From NCBI GenBank assembly GCA_951406725.2, contig OX597822.1, positions 41,788,001 to 41,852,000 on the forward strand: a DNA stretch of 64,000 bases, given 5' to 3'. The DNA comes from Octopus vulgaris (lineage: Eukaryota). Positions 12,993 through 26,100 of the stretch are shown here, piece after piece. Each line of letters begins with the position of its first letter. Position 1 is the first letter of the stretch. The notes beneath the pieces are model-generated. The model worked only from the letters and a program-made list of their open reading frames with translations, had not been told where the DNA came from and ran no database searches. The position numbers and the translations under genes are program-made.

Positions 12993-13205
12993 GTTTCTAC
13001 TCCAGGCACAAGGCCCGAAATTTTTAGGGAGGGAGCCAGTTGATTAGATCGACTCCATTATGCAACTGGGACTTCATTTATCAACCCTGAAAGGATGAAA
13101 GGCAAAGTCGACCTTGGCGGAATTTGAACTCAGAGCGTAAAGACAGATGAAATACCACTAAGCATTTCACCTGGTGTGCTAGCATTTCTGCCAGCTCGCC
13201 ACCTT
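12993..13205 (-). mobile_element. Nin/Deu-domain SINE with TSD
   Basis: Full-length copy; imperfect TSD ggtcacctatttatata / ggtcccctacttatata. Other copies 7416-7600, 20300-20508, 21856-22051, 28025-28235, 53170-53375 (all -); 22512-22715, 23220-23628, 35470-35620, 61697-61930 (all +). Confidence 0.8.
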
Positions 13206-14160
13206 TGGTCCCCTACTTATATAACTGCAGCTTTTGTGATGTTGTTTAACTCTTTAGTATTTAAACTGGCAATATCTGGCCCAAATATTCTACCTGTCAC
13301 ATGATCAAACTGGCCATATCCATCCTCACACACCTACCCCACAATCTCACTCAAAAATTAAACAATCCTCTTATTGAAATCTCAAAATTATAAGATAATG
13401 CAGGTTTAATTTTAAAAAATGTGAATTAAATAAGCATTACAATTGACTGAGTAATTTGGATGCTAAAAGGCAGGCATGTGAAACACACTGCCTGTGGGCT
13501 ACATGCGACCCTTTTCAAACACAAGTGCAGCCAGGAATGATATAGCTACAGGTTTAAAAATGGGGAACCCCAAAAATTTTTAATAACAAAACATAATTAA
13601 TAATAATTTAATAAAAATTGCACTATTGATGAGCAAATAAAAGATTTTAAAATATTTTTACTTAATAAAGAATTGATATGTCAGAAATCTTTGTTGTAAA
13701 CGTGTTTAAAAATACACAGCTCCTGTGGCAACATGTTTGCGAGCAATGTGGCCCTTAAAGTTAATCCTCTCTCAACATTGGTTTCCTATTGATATTATTG
13801 TAGGTTTGTTGTTGTTATTTAACCCCAAGTCAGCCCTGCTCCTCTACTGGATACTACTATAAATATTGTGTTGTTGTTGAGCACTAGGTCAATCCTGTCA
13901 GCTCTATAATGAAAGTCATTCCAACCATGACTACACCTTTGTGGTGGCAGCTAGACAACGGCCTAAAATATCCAATGAATCCTTCCTTTTTTCTTTTTGT
14001 GACATTAAGATGTAATTTGAAGAAGATTTGTCTATTATTTCTAGTGACTACACAGTGGTGTGCCCATTGGTCTGTACTCTTATAGTTTAGTGAAATTTAC
14101 CAATTCTGTTTTGGTTGTTATGTGTTTCTTTGTTAATCCAATGTTGAAAAGGTGACTTAA

Positions 14161-14227
14161 TTGACTCATTTTTTTTTGTCTCTTTCAGGTGAGTAAAAGC
14201 GATTTCTCCTGAATCACAAGAATAATG
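14161..14227 (+). other. Candidate recursive splice site with 39-nt RS exon (14189-14227)
   Basis: ttgactcattttttttttgtctctttcag|GTGAGT; alternative downstream donor aatg|gtaaac; stop codons in all three frames. Confidence 0.5.
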
Positions 14228-14817
14228 GTAAACATGTTTGGCACGTCTTCTTTATCTCCACTTGTACAGTTTCCACTGACTAGCATCAAAACTATGTGTA
14301 GATATGTGTATGTGTGTGTCATGTGGACTAACTTTTGGTGAGCATTTTGGTTTGGCATCTCTTATCCTGTCTTTGAGCTTCACGTGACTATGAGCGGAAC
14401 TATGTATGTGTGTCATATGATGGGTAGGTAAACCAGTTTGATACCTGACATGTTGTCAGGTATCTTAAGAAAGAAAAACAAGATTTCAGCTGTGACCAAC
14501 CCATTGAGAATTCAACATATTTACAGGGTGGGTTATATATATTTCTCTGATTTAAAGAAAGATGTCCCACGCACCATTATTTTGAGGTGAGATTCTGACA
14601 TACGATGGTTGCGTGATCTCTTTTTTTTTCTCTTCCAGTTCATATCAGTAATGTAATTGGGGAAGTCACAGACACCAACACACCACCACCACCATTTCTA
14701 ATATCGCCCCTCTCACCCCTCCCCTTCTGCTATGTAAGAGATGATTATTTTTGTTGCTGAGGAAGTATGGAAGCAAGTCTGTTGGTATACCAACACATAC
14801 ATACATTATACATCTAG

Positions 14818-14853
<36 letters not shown>

Positions 14854-16769
14854 AGATACATGTACATTTACACATGCATTCATACATACACACAAACATA
14901 CACACACTCATACACACACAGACTCATACATGTGGAGGTGGATACAGACTGGTGCTAACATCAATTAAAAATAACTGCAAAATATAGAAAATATTTTGAT
15001 GACAATGATGATGATCTCTCTCTCTCATCTCTCAGTCTCTCTCTCTCTCTCTCACACACATCATCCTCTTCTGTCTACGTATACATACATACTTCTACAT
15101 GCACACATTTGTATACTCGCATTTTCACAAACACAGTTCTATATATGTCTTCACCTACTTATATAAAGAAACACTTTCACACACACATTTTTGCATACAC
15201 CCTTACCTGTCTGTCTATATATGCAGTTATATATACACCCTCACTTGCTTACATGCATCCACATTGACAAACACATGCACAATATTCCATAAACACCCTC
15301 AGACTGTCTCAATACTTACATACACTAACACAATTCTGTAAACATCCTAACTTGCCTATACACACATTCACACAATTTTTTATACATCCTCTTTGTCTAT
15401 AAACATACACATTCGCATACACAATTCTATATACTCACTCATTTATATTCACACACACAGTCCCACACACATTCTATATATACTTTTGCTTGTTTATATA
15501 TGTACACATATTCACAACCATAATTCTACAGATAGCCTTGCCTGTCTATACACTAGTTGACTCCTTAAATTATTATTATTATTATTATCGCCATCATCAT
15601 CATCATCTTGTTTATTTATATCCCCTGGTGTGTTACTAGAAACATAAGATTTCTGAGGTGCAGTACATTAAACAAAAATATTTAAATAATAATAATAATA
15701 ATAATAATTGATGATGATGATGATGATGACAATATATGGTAATGGGTATATATTAACGTTTTAATATACACTACTACTACTACTATTACTATCATCACGT
15801 TCTCTTCAAGTTCTTTCTGTAACCATTGGCAACAACCTGCACTGATTAATTAATCAGTTAATCTGCAGAGAGCCTTCCTTTGATTCACTCCCTACACACA
15901 CTTCTCCACTATTACCACCCCCACCACAACCACCACCCACTTTCTTTTGGTTCCTGTTGTTCTTGTATACCCGCAGGTTATTCCTGATTGAATAAACCTG
16001 TACTAAAAGTCATTCCAGCCATGACAACCCCGTCCATTTTAATCATGTCTTGGAGTACATTTATCATCATCATCATCATCATCATCACCGTTTAACATCT
16101 GTTTTCCCTGCTGGCATGGCTTGGACGGTTTGACAGGTGCTGGCGAGCCAGAGGACTCCACCAAGCCCCAATATCTGCTTTGGCAGGGTTTCTGTGGTTG
16201 GTTACCCTTCCTAATACCAACTACTTTGCAGAGTACACTGGGTGCTTTTCATGTATCACAAACACATTATCTTGTACTTTCTTTTTTTGTTGTTGTTTTT
16301 GAGGATATCACTTAAGGAAGCTTTGACTGCTATCTCTGTAGATTGAGTAACCATGTAGAAGCTCTCTTCTTGGATTATTTCGGCTGATGGTGACAACGGT
16401 GTCAGTTTATTTCAGTCCTTTATATGGTCATTCAACCTGCTAAAAATAGCTGTATAGCTGTCAAATCTCTCTCAATTCACACATCTTCTTAAAGAATGAA
16501 GTTCTTAAGATGGTCATGGATGGAACACATTTGATCATAGGTCTGCTGAATCAGATCTGATCAGGAGCTAAACAATAACCAGCACAAGTGCTGCCCCTTT
16601 TCTATCTTAGCTACTCAACAATGTTACTACCACTGGCATTTAGTTGTAACCCTTCACATTACTAAAGTGGGGTTGGAGCTAGACCACTACCAACATCATC
16701 ATCATCACCATCATCATCATTTAAATAGACGTTTATCCCTTGCTTGTTTCTTTTTTCTATAATCTATCA

Positions 16770-16992
16770 TGAACACATGTAGCCTCTACCACATGTAGCA
16801 TCTACCATGCATAGCTCCTGAGCACATGTAGTTTCTTCCACACTCACACACAGAGCCTCTAGCCACATGTAGTATCTGTCTTGCATAGCTTGATTGCATG
16901 TAGCCTCTACAACTCAGAGTATTGATCACATGTAGCGTCTACCACATATAAACCTTGGTCACATGTAACTTCTAATCACATGTAGTCTCTAC
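16770..16992. repeat. Degenerate tandem repeat
   Basis: Recurrent cacatgtagcctcta. Confidence 0.7.
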
Positions 16993-17584
16993 CTTTATGC
17001 ACTTAACTATTATACTTCATGCAGATGGCGTTCCTTGTTCATTCTCCACTCATTACAGTAAGCTGTTGCACCATCTCTGTCCATCTTGTATAGCAATTGT
17101 CTATCAGTAGATCTGGCGCTTATGTTTACTGGTGAGGTCTAACAAGAGTGAAACATGTCCACTATGTTTGCTAGAGGCCAAATTAAATAAATATTAGCCT
17201 TTTAGGTGTTGATGACCAGGTTATTCACTAAAAGATGAGGGTACCCCATCCAATATGGTCAGCAAGGAGAGATAGACCTATAATCACTATAGAGAAGCTA
17301 ATAAAGATATGTTGAGGCTTTCATCCAGTTCTGGATCAACAACAACTAAATAAGAAAGGAAAATAATTCAAAGTTTAAACTATTCACAACAGTTTTCACT
17401 GCTTAATGTAAATATTAAAATTTCAATTGTGTTACCCACAATCTTTTAACCTTCCTCACATTGTAGAATATGGTAAATGTCAGTTCTTCAGGTTTATAGA
17501 GTTGGTTTTATAGTTTTAGAGATTGAATATTCTGAGAAATTGCTCAGTGGTACTATATCCATGGTACTATATCCACAAACAATA

Positions 17585-17930
17585 ATAGGGTAAAGACCAC
17601 CCCCCTTGGCCATGAATGACCATGGGATTGCACCTAGAAAGTTCCCCCCTGAGGCACAAATCTGGGCAAGGTTGTTTATGGAAGACCAGCAGTTGCCCTT
17701 GCATACCAGCCTCCCCTCTCCATGCCACTGATGCTATCCAAAGAAAAGGTAAAGATCGATACAGCTTGGCACCAATGATGTCACAACTCATTTCTACAGC
17801 TGAATGAACTGGTACAACGTGAAATGAAGTGTCTTGCTCAAGATCACAACACACAGCCCAGTCTGGAAATCAAACTCACAACTCATGATTGTGAGCATGA
17901 CACTCTAACCACTGAGCCATGCACCTCCAA
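17585..17930 (-). mobile_element. Meta/CORE-type SINE with a different 3' tail
   Basis: Minus-strand ggctcagtggttagag head and cttgagcaagacacttcatttcacgttg body. Confidence 0.7.
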
Positions 17931-18834
17931 ACAATAATGTCAACATATCTAACAGTGTGTAGTGAATGATTAATATTATTTTAATTATTCTAGTCAGTTT
18001 GGAAGACAAAGCTAGGTTCTATTTTCAGGCCTGCAATCATTGTTGATCCTTAGTAGAAGGATGACAGAAGGGTATTGCTATATTTCACTGTACTGTACTG
18101 CTCACTTATCTGTAGCTACTGCTATTGCTCCACTCACAGATTAGAAATCAGGGAAATCTCACTGATTTGAGGACCATTTAGCTGCTATTTCTAACAGGTT
18201 GACTGACTACATAGATGTTCTCTGTTTTCCTTATCAGTATTTTCAAAGAGAAATGCTTACCCAGAATATGAGGGCTTTTCTGCCTTACTAAAAGGTCCTT
18301 CAGGCCATTCTTAGCGTCTTCAACATCATTATCATCATCATCAACTAGGTTAGGCAACTTGCTCAGACCAATGTAACCCTTCCATGCCAGACGTGATGAG
18401 GGCATGAACGTCTGTCCTGGAAATTTAGTCACATTAGTCATTCACTTACTGAAATATTTCATCCGTGCATGCCATGACTACAGATGAAAGCAGTGGCTCA
18501 CTAACTGAACTGATTGATCCTGGCTATTGATATTTGTTATTGACTCAATCAGATTCATCTGCTGCAATAGTTCACATCCATGATGCTGCATACCATGATT
18601 TCAACATACCCTACCTCAGGTGTTTACATATCATTTAACCTGTAGCATGTACGCTGACAGATGCTACTACTCTAGGCCAGAGTAAACCAAAGAACAATGA
18701 TGGCTAAGAGGTACTTCTACATGCCTCAAACTCTGGAATTTCCAAACCAGGGTCTCCCTACCAAATGCAGTTTGAAGTCATACCCAAGACTCTATCATAA
18801 ATTAAAATTGTCTAATTATAGTTAATATCCTCAT

Positions 18835-19175
18835 CTTCATTCTATATTCTCTCCTGCCTTTAACCCTCCAACGCGGAGTATAGGCCACTTATGGTTGAAT
18901 TCCATGTCGCATAATTTTTCGCTTCTGTACTTATACTCCACCATGAATGTCCCCCTTTCTCTAGTTCCTTCTGTGTTGATCTACGCCACGAGTTCTTAGG
19001 CCTACCTCTCTTTCTATATCCATCCAGTTTCCACTCTAAAGCACTTTTCGCTACATTTGGTGTGTCTTTTCTAATTGTGCTACCAATCCACTTCTACTTT
19101 TTCTTAAATATATGCTCCCTAATCGAAACTTGATTTGTTCTTTGCCATAGCTCCATATTGCTTATGTGTTCTATA
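18835..19175 (-). mobile_element. RTE LINE 3' end (different subfamily)
   Basis: Minus-strand ISNMELWQRTNQ..KWIG..LEWK..RKRGRPKNSWRR. Confidence 0.75.
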
Positions 19176-19503
19176 TTGGACATATCTATATTATATGACA
19201 GGGCTAATTATTAAAATTACATTTACTAATCACTTTCCAAGAGATAATTTAGTCATGTTTCCTCTAATGTCATCACCTATTTCATTTCATCTTTCATTTT
19301 AGTGTATTCCCTCACATCTTTTCTCCCATACATTTCCCTCCTCTGCTGTCATAAATTATCTTTTCTTCCAGACTTACCCTGGAACTGGGCCAAATGTCAC
19401 TAACCTTACCACAACTAAACAATATCATTAAATTTATCTTGCAATTGATTCCCTGAATTCCACAATGGAACATTCCTCATATTAAACGCCAAACAATGAG
19501 AAA

Positions 19504-19505
<2 letters not shown>

Positions 19506-19584
<79 letters not shown>
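19506..19584. repeat. (GT)n microsatellite
   Basis: Direct reading. Confidence 0.95.
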
Positions 19585-19586
<2 letters not shown>

Positions 19587-20572
19587 TGCCTGCCTGCCTG
19601 ATGATCGATGAGATGTTAAATTCCTTCTGTCTTTCACTAAGATGTATATATTTTCTACCGTTAATGATTTCAAAATGTATTATTCATGAAATGAATTCTT
19701 CTTGGTAAATTTGAGACCACTCTATAAAAAAAAAGAAAAGAAAATAACAGCAATTGTTGTTGTTATCCAATGCAAATGTTTAGTAGACTTTTTGTGGGGG
19801 TTTTTTTTTCAATTTTTTTTTTTTTTTTTTTGCAACAATGATAAAATATTTGTGTACATTAGAAGCAATGACTAGGATGTTTCTCATTTGTTTCTATTGA
19901 GAAGAGCTACAGATAGACAGTGTAAACTTTCACAAGTTGTGCGTGTGTTTCCTCAGGATTCTCTGCAACACTTTCTGATATTCATATTAGCAGAGCTCTG
20001 CCAATAAAATATGTTGCCGTCTTGATCCAGCAACAGTCATAATGCTACATGTGATATGGATGTAAGATGATGCTGTCAGAAACTTGGTAATTCATTCCAA
20101 TCTAGATTCCTATTTGAAGGTTTCTTCTCATGAGTAATTCTCTCTACCCTAAATTTATCCTTCTGCTGTTTCAGTTCCCTAAATCTACAAACCCAAAGCC
20201 ACTTTTCTACGTCAGATTCACTACGAGTCATACAACAGAAAGCCATATATATGTGTTAATTTTAAAACGACTGACAGTGTTGTTGCTTGCTATAACTTTT
20301 TCTAATTTTGGCACAAGGCCAGCAATTTTAGGGGTTGGGAGTTAGTTGATTACATCAACCCTAGTTCTCAGCTGGTACTCATTTTATCAACCGCAAAAGG
20401 ATGAAAGGCAAAGTCAACCTTAACAGACTTTGAACTCAGAACATAAAGCAAGAAATCACACCAAACATTTTATCCTGCTTACAAATGGTCTCGCCAACTC
20501 ACCACCCTTATGTGTTATAATACCATTGAATATTTTTCAATTTATAGTGCTCGTTTAACAATACCACTTTAA

Positions 20573-20793
20573 CCCTTTAGCATTTAAACCAGCCATATCT
20601 GGCCAAAAGTATTCTGCCTGTTTTATGTTCAAACTGGCCAGATCTGGTCTCTTACACCAACCCTACACTATCATTTTAAAAATTAACAGCTACCTCATCA
20701 AAATCTCATAGCTACAAGATAATGCATGATTAGTTCAAAACAATGGGGATAAAAAAGCATTAATTATGATAGAATAATGTGAACACTAAAGGG
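20573..20793. mobile_element. piggyBac-type MITE
   Basis: TTAA|CCCTTTAG...CTAAAGGG|TTAA; related copies 13250-13469, 30397-30587 (also TTAA-flanked), 60676-~60860. Confidence 0.75.
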
Positions 20794-22169
20794 TTAAGCC
20801 AATATTCAACACTACTACTTCAAGCCAATGAAGAAGTTTTTATATGGTTTTTCAACAGGCTAGAAATAGCTATCAAATCTCTTTTGAATAATATTCTACC
20901 AACTTAAGAAAAATAGGACTAAATGGATAATCTATGACTTAAAAGCTATGATAAAATTTAACACAGATAGAATTTCAAAGAGAAAATATCATACTGAATA
21001 ATGGAAATATGCTTTCTATACAACCACAGTGTTTGAACGGAGGCAACCCCAACAGTTGTAACAAACCAAAGTAGTTGGTCACTCTTGTATACGTGTGTGT
21101 GTGGAGGAGTTTAATAGTAATATTTAAATTGAGTTTCTTTACAATTAATTGAATAGCAAAGAGTTTTATTGTTTGCTGTGGATCATCTATATCACAGAAT
21201 GGCTATGGTTAACTATGTATGATTATGACATAGACACACGCACATATGTATATGATATTATAGATATAGGCATAGGTGTGGCAGTGTGGTAAGAAGCTTC
21301 GTTCCAGGTTCAGTCCCACTGCATGACACCTTGAGCGAGTGTCTTCTACTTTAGCCTCAGGTAGACCAAAGCCTTGTGAGTGGATTCAATAGATGGAAAG
21401 TAAAAGAAGCCCACCATGTGTGTGTGTGTGTGTCATATTTGTTCCTCTCCATCACTTGACAACCAGTTATGGTGTGTTTACATCCCCACAACTTAGTGGT
21501 TCACCAAAAGAGACTGATAGAATAAGTACCAAGCTTTTAAAAAATTAAAAAATGTATTGGGTTTGATTCATCCAACTAAAATTCTTCAAGGTGGTGCCCC
21601 AGTATGGCCACAGCCTAATGACTGAAATGAAAGATGTGTGTGTGTGTGTGTGTATGGTTATGATATAGACATGTTTATATAGTGTGTGACTATATTAAAC
21701 AGGTTCCATCAACATCTGTGGTTATTTAAAGAAAGTGGCCTCATCTGTAGTCCAGCTTTATCAGACAAAGGAACTTTCAGACTCCATGGCTCTCTTGGAG
21801 AGAGAGGTACTATCTGTGATCCATTACTATATCCTACAGAGGTACCATAATATTGGTTTCAAATTTTGGCACAAAGCCAGCAAGTTCAGGGGCGGGAGTA
21901 AGTCAATTATATCAACCCCAGTACTCAACTGGTACTTATTTTATCAACCCTGAAAGGCAAAGTTTAGTTCGACGGAATTTGATCCCAGAATGTAAAAGGT
22001 AGATGAAATGCTGCTAAGCGTTTTGCCCATCGTGCTTATGATTCTGCCAACTCAATATTACGGTACCCTACAGAGGTACCGTAATATTGATAATAAAATA
22101 ACTGCTGAGAAATAGTTTATATTGTAGTTGTTGTTGTTATTCATATATACACATACACACACAACAGAA

Positions 22170-22417
22170 TAGACTGTTAGAAAAGCAAAATTCCCAACAT
22201 CGGGCTACAAGTAACCTTAAATGCCAAGAACCCTCCTAAGTATCCTAGCTGTCCCTAATAACACTGTTATCTGGAGGTGTACTAAACTGGGTTTTATGCC
22301 CATTTCCTCTATCCATCTGTTCAAATCTTTAGGTATAGTTCCTAATATAACTACTGGGGTACATTTTATCCACACTTTCCATAGTCTCTGTAATTCAACA
22401 GCTAGGTCCTGGTACAT
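22170..22417 (-). mobile_element. R4/Dong-type non-LTR element 3' end
   Basis: YQDLAVELQRLWKV..PVVILGTIPK..LQITVLLGTARILRRVL. Confidence 0.75.
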
Positions 22418-22713
22418 TACTATTTTTTTCTATGCCACTCATATTGAATTTCTTCATTATTTGGGACTGTAATGTAGTTGTTGTTGTTGATATTATTATT
22501 ATTATTATTATTAAAGTGGTGAACTGGCAGAATTGTTAGCATGCTGGGTGAAATGCTTAACAGTATTTCATCTCCTGCTACATTCTGAGTTCAAATTCAA
22601 CTTTGCCTTTCATCCTTTTGGGGTTAAATTAAGTACCAGTGAAGTACTGGGGTTGATGCAATCAACTAGCCCATTCCTGCAAAATTTCATGTCTTATGCC
22701 TTTCATAGAAAGG

Positions 22714-22752
<39 letters not shown>

Positions 22753-22824
22753 GAGTGAGAGAGCAGTGCATGCCATCAAGGTGACACTGGGGTAAAATTA
22801 TTATTATTATTATTATTATTATTA

Positions 22825-23177
22825 TGTTTTTTCCTTCTTTCTTCAAATTTTCTTCCGTTTGTCGCCGAGTGTTTTCCATACACCTAGGGCAGAGAAGCTC
22901 AATGTATGCATTCCCAGATTACATACGCAAATTCATAGATAAAATATGTATTTAAAAATTAATAAATAAATAAATTCATGGATGGATGTTGTTTTCACAG
23001 CGATAATGCTCTTCTCAGTACATGAGCCATTCCAGTTAATACGATTTTTTGCACTTCCTATAGGGATGGTAAGCCTGGAATCATTTTCAAATAGGTTTCA
23101 GTACCTTTTTTAATCATTCCTAGAGATCCTACAATCACTGGTACTGTAGTCGCCTTGAGATGCCACATTTTTTCAAT
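22825..23177 (-). mobile_element. R4/Dong-type non-LTR element 3' end within (TAA)n
   Basis: Minus-strand IEKMWHLKATTVPVIVGSLGMIKK; (TTA)n on both sides. Confidence 0.7.
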
Positions 23178-26100
23178 TATTATTATTATTATTGTTATTA
23201 TTATTATTAATATTATTATTAATGTGGTGAGCTGGCAGAACCATTAGCATAGCAGGCAAAATTCACGCTCTGAGTTCAAATTCTGCCGAGATTGACTTTG
23301 TCTTTCATCCTTTTGGGGTCAATAAAATAAGTACTAGATGAGTGCTGGGGTCGTTGCAATTGACTTATCTTCTCCCACATTTCAGGCCTTTGTCTATAAC
23401 AAATAATTATTATGGTGGCAAACTGGAAGAATTCGTTAGCGAACCAGACAAAATGCTTAGTGGCATTTCTTCTGGCTGTATGTTCTGAGTAAAAATTCTG
23501 CCAAAGTCAGTCTTTGTCTTCAATCCTTTCAGGGTTTGTGAAATAAATACCAATTGAGTACTGGTGTTAAAGTTAGTGACTTATCCCCTTCCCCAAAATT
23601 TCAGGCTTTGTGCCTATAGAAGAAAAGATCGTCATCATCATTATTATTATTATAATAATTATTTTGTCTATTTCCTTCTTTGCAATGACATCATAACAAC
23701 AATAAATACCAGAACTCCACAGGTATCTCTTCTCACACCTCTACTCATACTTGTACCTTTCTGTAGTAGTAGTAGTTGTAGTGGTAATGATGGAAAGTAA
23801 ACGAAGAGGGGGAAAAAATAACAAATAAACTTGTGATGTTTCATTAGAAATTGCCAATCCTTGATGCAAGTGATTAAATGTCGTCATTGCAAAATGTTGA
23901 TGTTACTGCCAAAAGGCATTATGGGTAAGTAATTTTAGAAGAGTTTTGGGTATTCAGTTTGTGGCCGATGACGTCATAGCTGCTTGTCATATGGATTATG
24001 ACGGAGAACCTAGCTTGACTTCAACTATCCTGACGAATATTGACATTATATATTTGGAGAGGCCTTCTTCTTCTTCATGTTACTGTTTGTTGTTGTTGTT
24101 ATCCTGTCTTTCATGCCAGCTTAGAAAGCTACATTTATATTTAGCCAATGTAGTCTTTCTTGTGATGGCCCAGTGCCAATTGCTCTGGTAATCCATTCCT
24201 TTCAACATACTCACCTGTGTACTGATCTATCTTGCAATGATATCTGTGTGCTATACCAAAATATTTCACAACCACAGTACCCTTCATAATCCATCAGCCC
24301 CTTTAACACCACTACCTGGTGACTCTTGGGTACTTTTGAAAGAGGCCATGCTGTTGTAAATATTTGAGCCATGTCTCTTGTTTAAAACTAACTTCCTCCA
24401 AATCTCTGAGATCCTGGATAAAGTGATACAAAGAAAATAAACTAATACAACCATAACACGGATCTGGAGTTGATATTTAGTGTCTTATGATTGGTGGTTG
24501 CTGATGCAACAGCTGGAGCACATTCTGTTAGGTGTGACAGTGAATTTAATTGGTAAAACTCTGGCTAGGTACCTATTGAACTCACTGTCAATAGGTACAA
24601 ATCTGAGTTGCTGGCAATTACAGGTAAATAGAGGGTATTTATCTGTAAAGATGTGTAAATAAATGATTCATGTATATTAAGGGGTTCTTGAAAACTTGGT
24701 AAGTAAAGGGTATATACTTAGAATGGTGCTGGATGGTATATATCATCATCATCATCATTTAACGTCCATGTTCCATGCTAGCATGGGTGGGATGGCACCA
24801 CAAGAGTTGGCCAGGCCGAATCCTGCACCAGACTTCTGTGACTGTTTTGGCAGGATTTTTACAGCTGGATGCCCTTCCTAACACCAACCACTCATCAGAG
24901 GGGACAGTTCTTTTTTTTTTTGTGGTACAAGCACAGGCAAAGTCAGTTTTGGCAAGGTTCTTACAGCTAGATGCCCTTCCAAACACCAACTACTTTTTAC
25001 AGTGTGGACTGGGTGCTATATCTAGCATAGAATGTTAACCTTAGGTAAACTAAAGTAATATCTGTCAGGTCTACTAGTGAATTGGTAAGCAAGATAGTGT
25101 ATTCATGATACATAGCCCAAGGACAACCTCGATGTGACAGACTTATGATCAAAGGTGTTCCAGCTATGACCATTCTATCATGTTGCATATCAATGATAAC
25201 ATTTTCTAATATGTATTTCCATTTTTCAAGATGATATGCTTTCATTTGAGGGATATTTGAGTGTTATTTCTAACAAGTCAGGCATCTACATAAAGGTTTC
25301 TGACTCTGTTGGTACCTGTGGTAGGTACCTGCTTTAGTAGTGATTCTCTTCTTGGCTTGGCTTCACTGGCGAAGATTAGGAAGATTGTTGTCCACATCAT
25401 CTGCATGCACATTCATGGTTGATAAGGCCAATGTGAGATCGACATCTGATTGCAATGATGACAGAGGTATGGTTGTCCAGTGTCTGATGATGCAGCTGCA
25501 TTATTTTTTCACCCCTGACATTTGTCTTCAAGAGAGGCACTGCAAGAGATCTCGGAGGAGGAAACAACATCACTGATGGTATAGTGCCAAGCAATATGGT
25601 CAGCTGTAGTAGTGGTTAGAGTAGTAGTATATAACTGAAGTGGTATGTATGAAATAGTATATAGTAGCAGTTAGCATAGTAAGGGTATTTAACTGGAGTG
25701 GTACATACTTAGCACAGAAGTGTTATAATAATGGATAGTATAGTAAAGTGATACAATTCCTCAGTGGTTGTGAAGGAGTGTAGCTTAGTAGTTAGGGTGT
25801 TTATAGCTCATGCTCAAAAGGTTGTGAGTTCGATTCTAGGTGGTGCATCGTGTTCTTACATAAGACATTTTATTCCCATTGCTCTTGTCCACTCAGCTGG
25901 CAAAAATGAGGAGTACCTGCATTTCAATGGACCAGCCTTGTCACGTTCTGTGTGACACTGAATCTGAGAACTATGTTAAGGGTAGTTGTGCTTATGGAGG
26001 GCTATGTTAATTTCATGAGCAGACTGTTCCATTGATCAGATCACCTGGGGTGCTCGTCATCATAACTGACAGAGTGCCAGTATATGTACAGTGTATAGTA

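Noticed and set aside
15940-15985. Pyrimidine tract with cag|gttatt acceptor
   Set aside because: Overlaps a dispersed aaccccaggtca...cattccagccatgac repeat; no consensus donor or ORF
18178-18441. 87-aa minus-strand ORF of protein-like composition
   Set aside because: No recognisable motif or splice signals; likely a decayed repeat fragment, needs BLAST
23960-24015. ccgatga-cgtcata...tatgacg-gaga hammerhead-like hairpin
   Set aside because: Both core boxes deviate and stems I and III are absent
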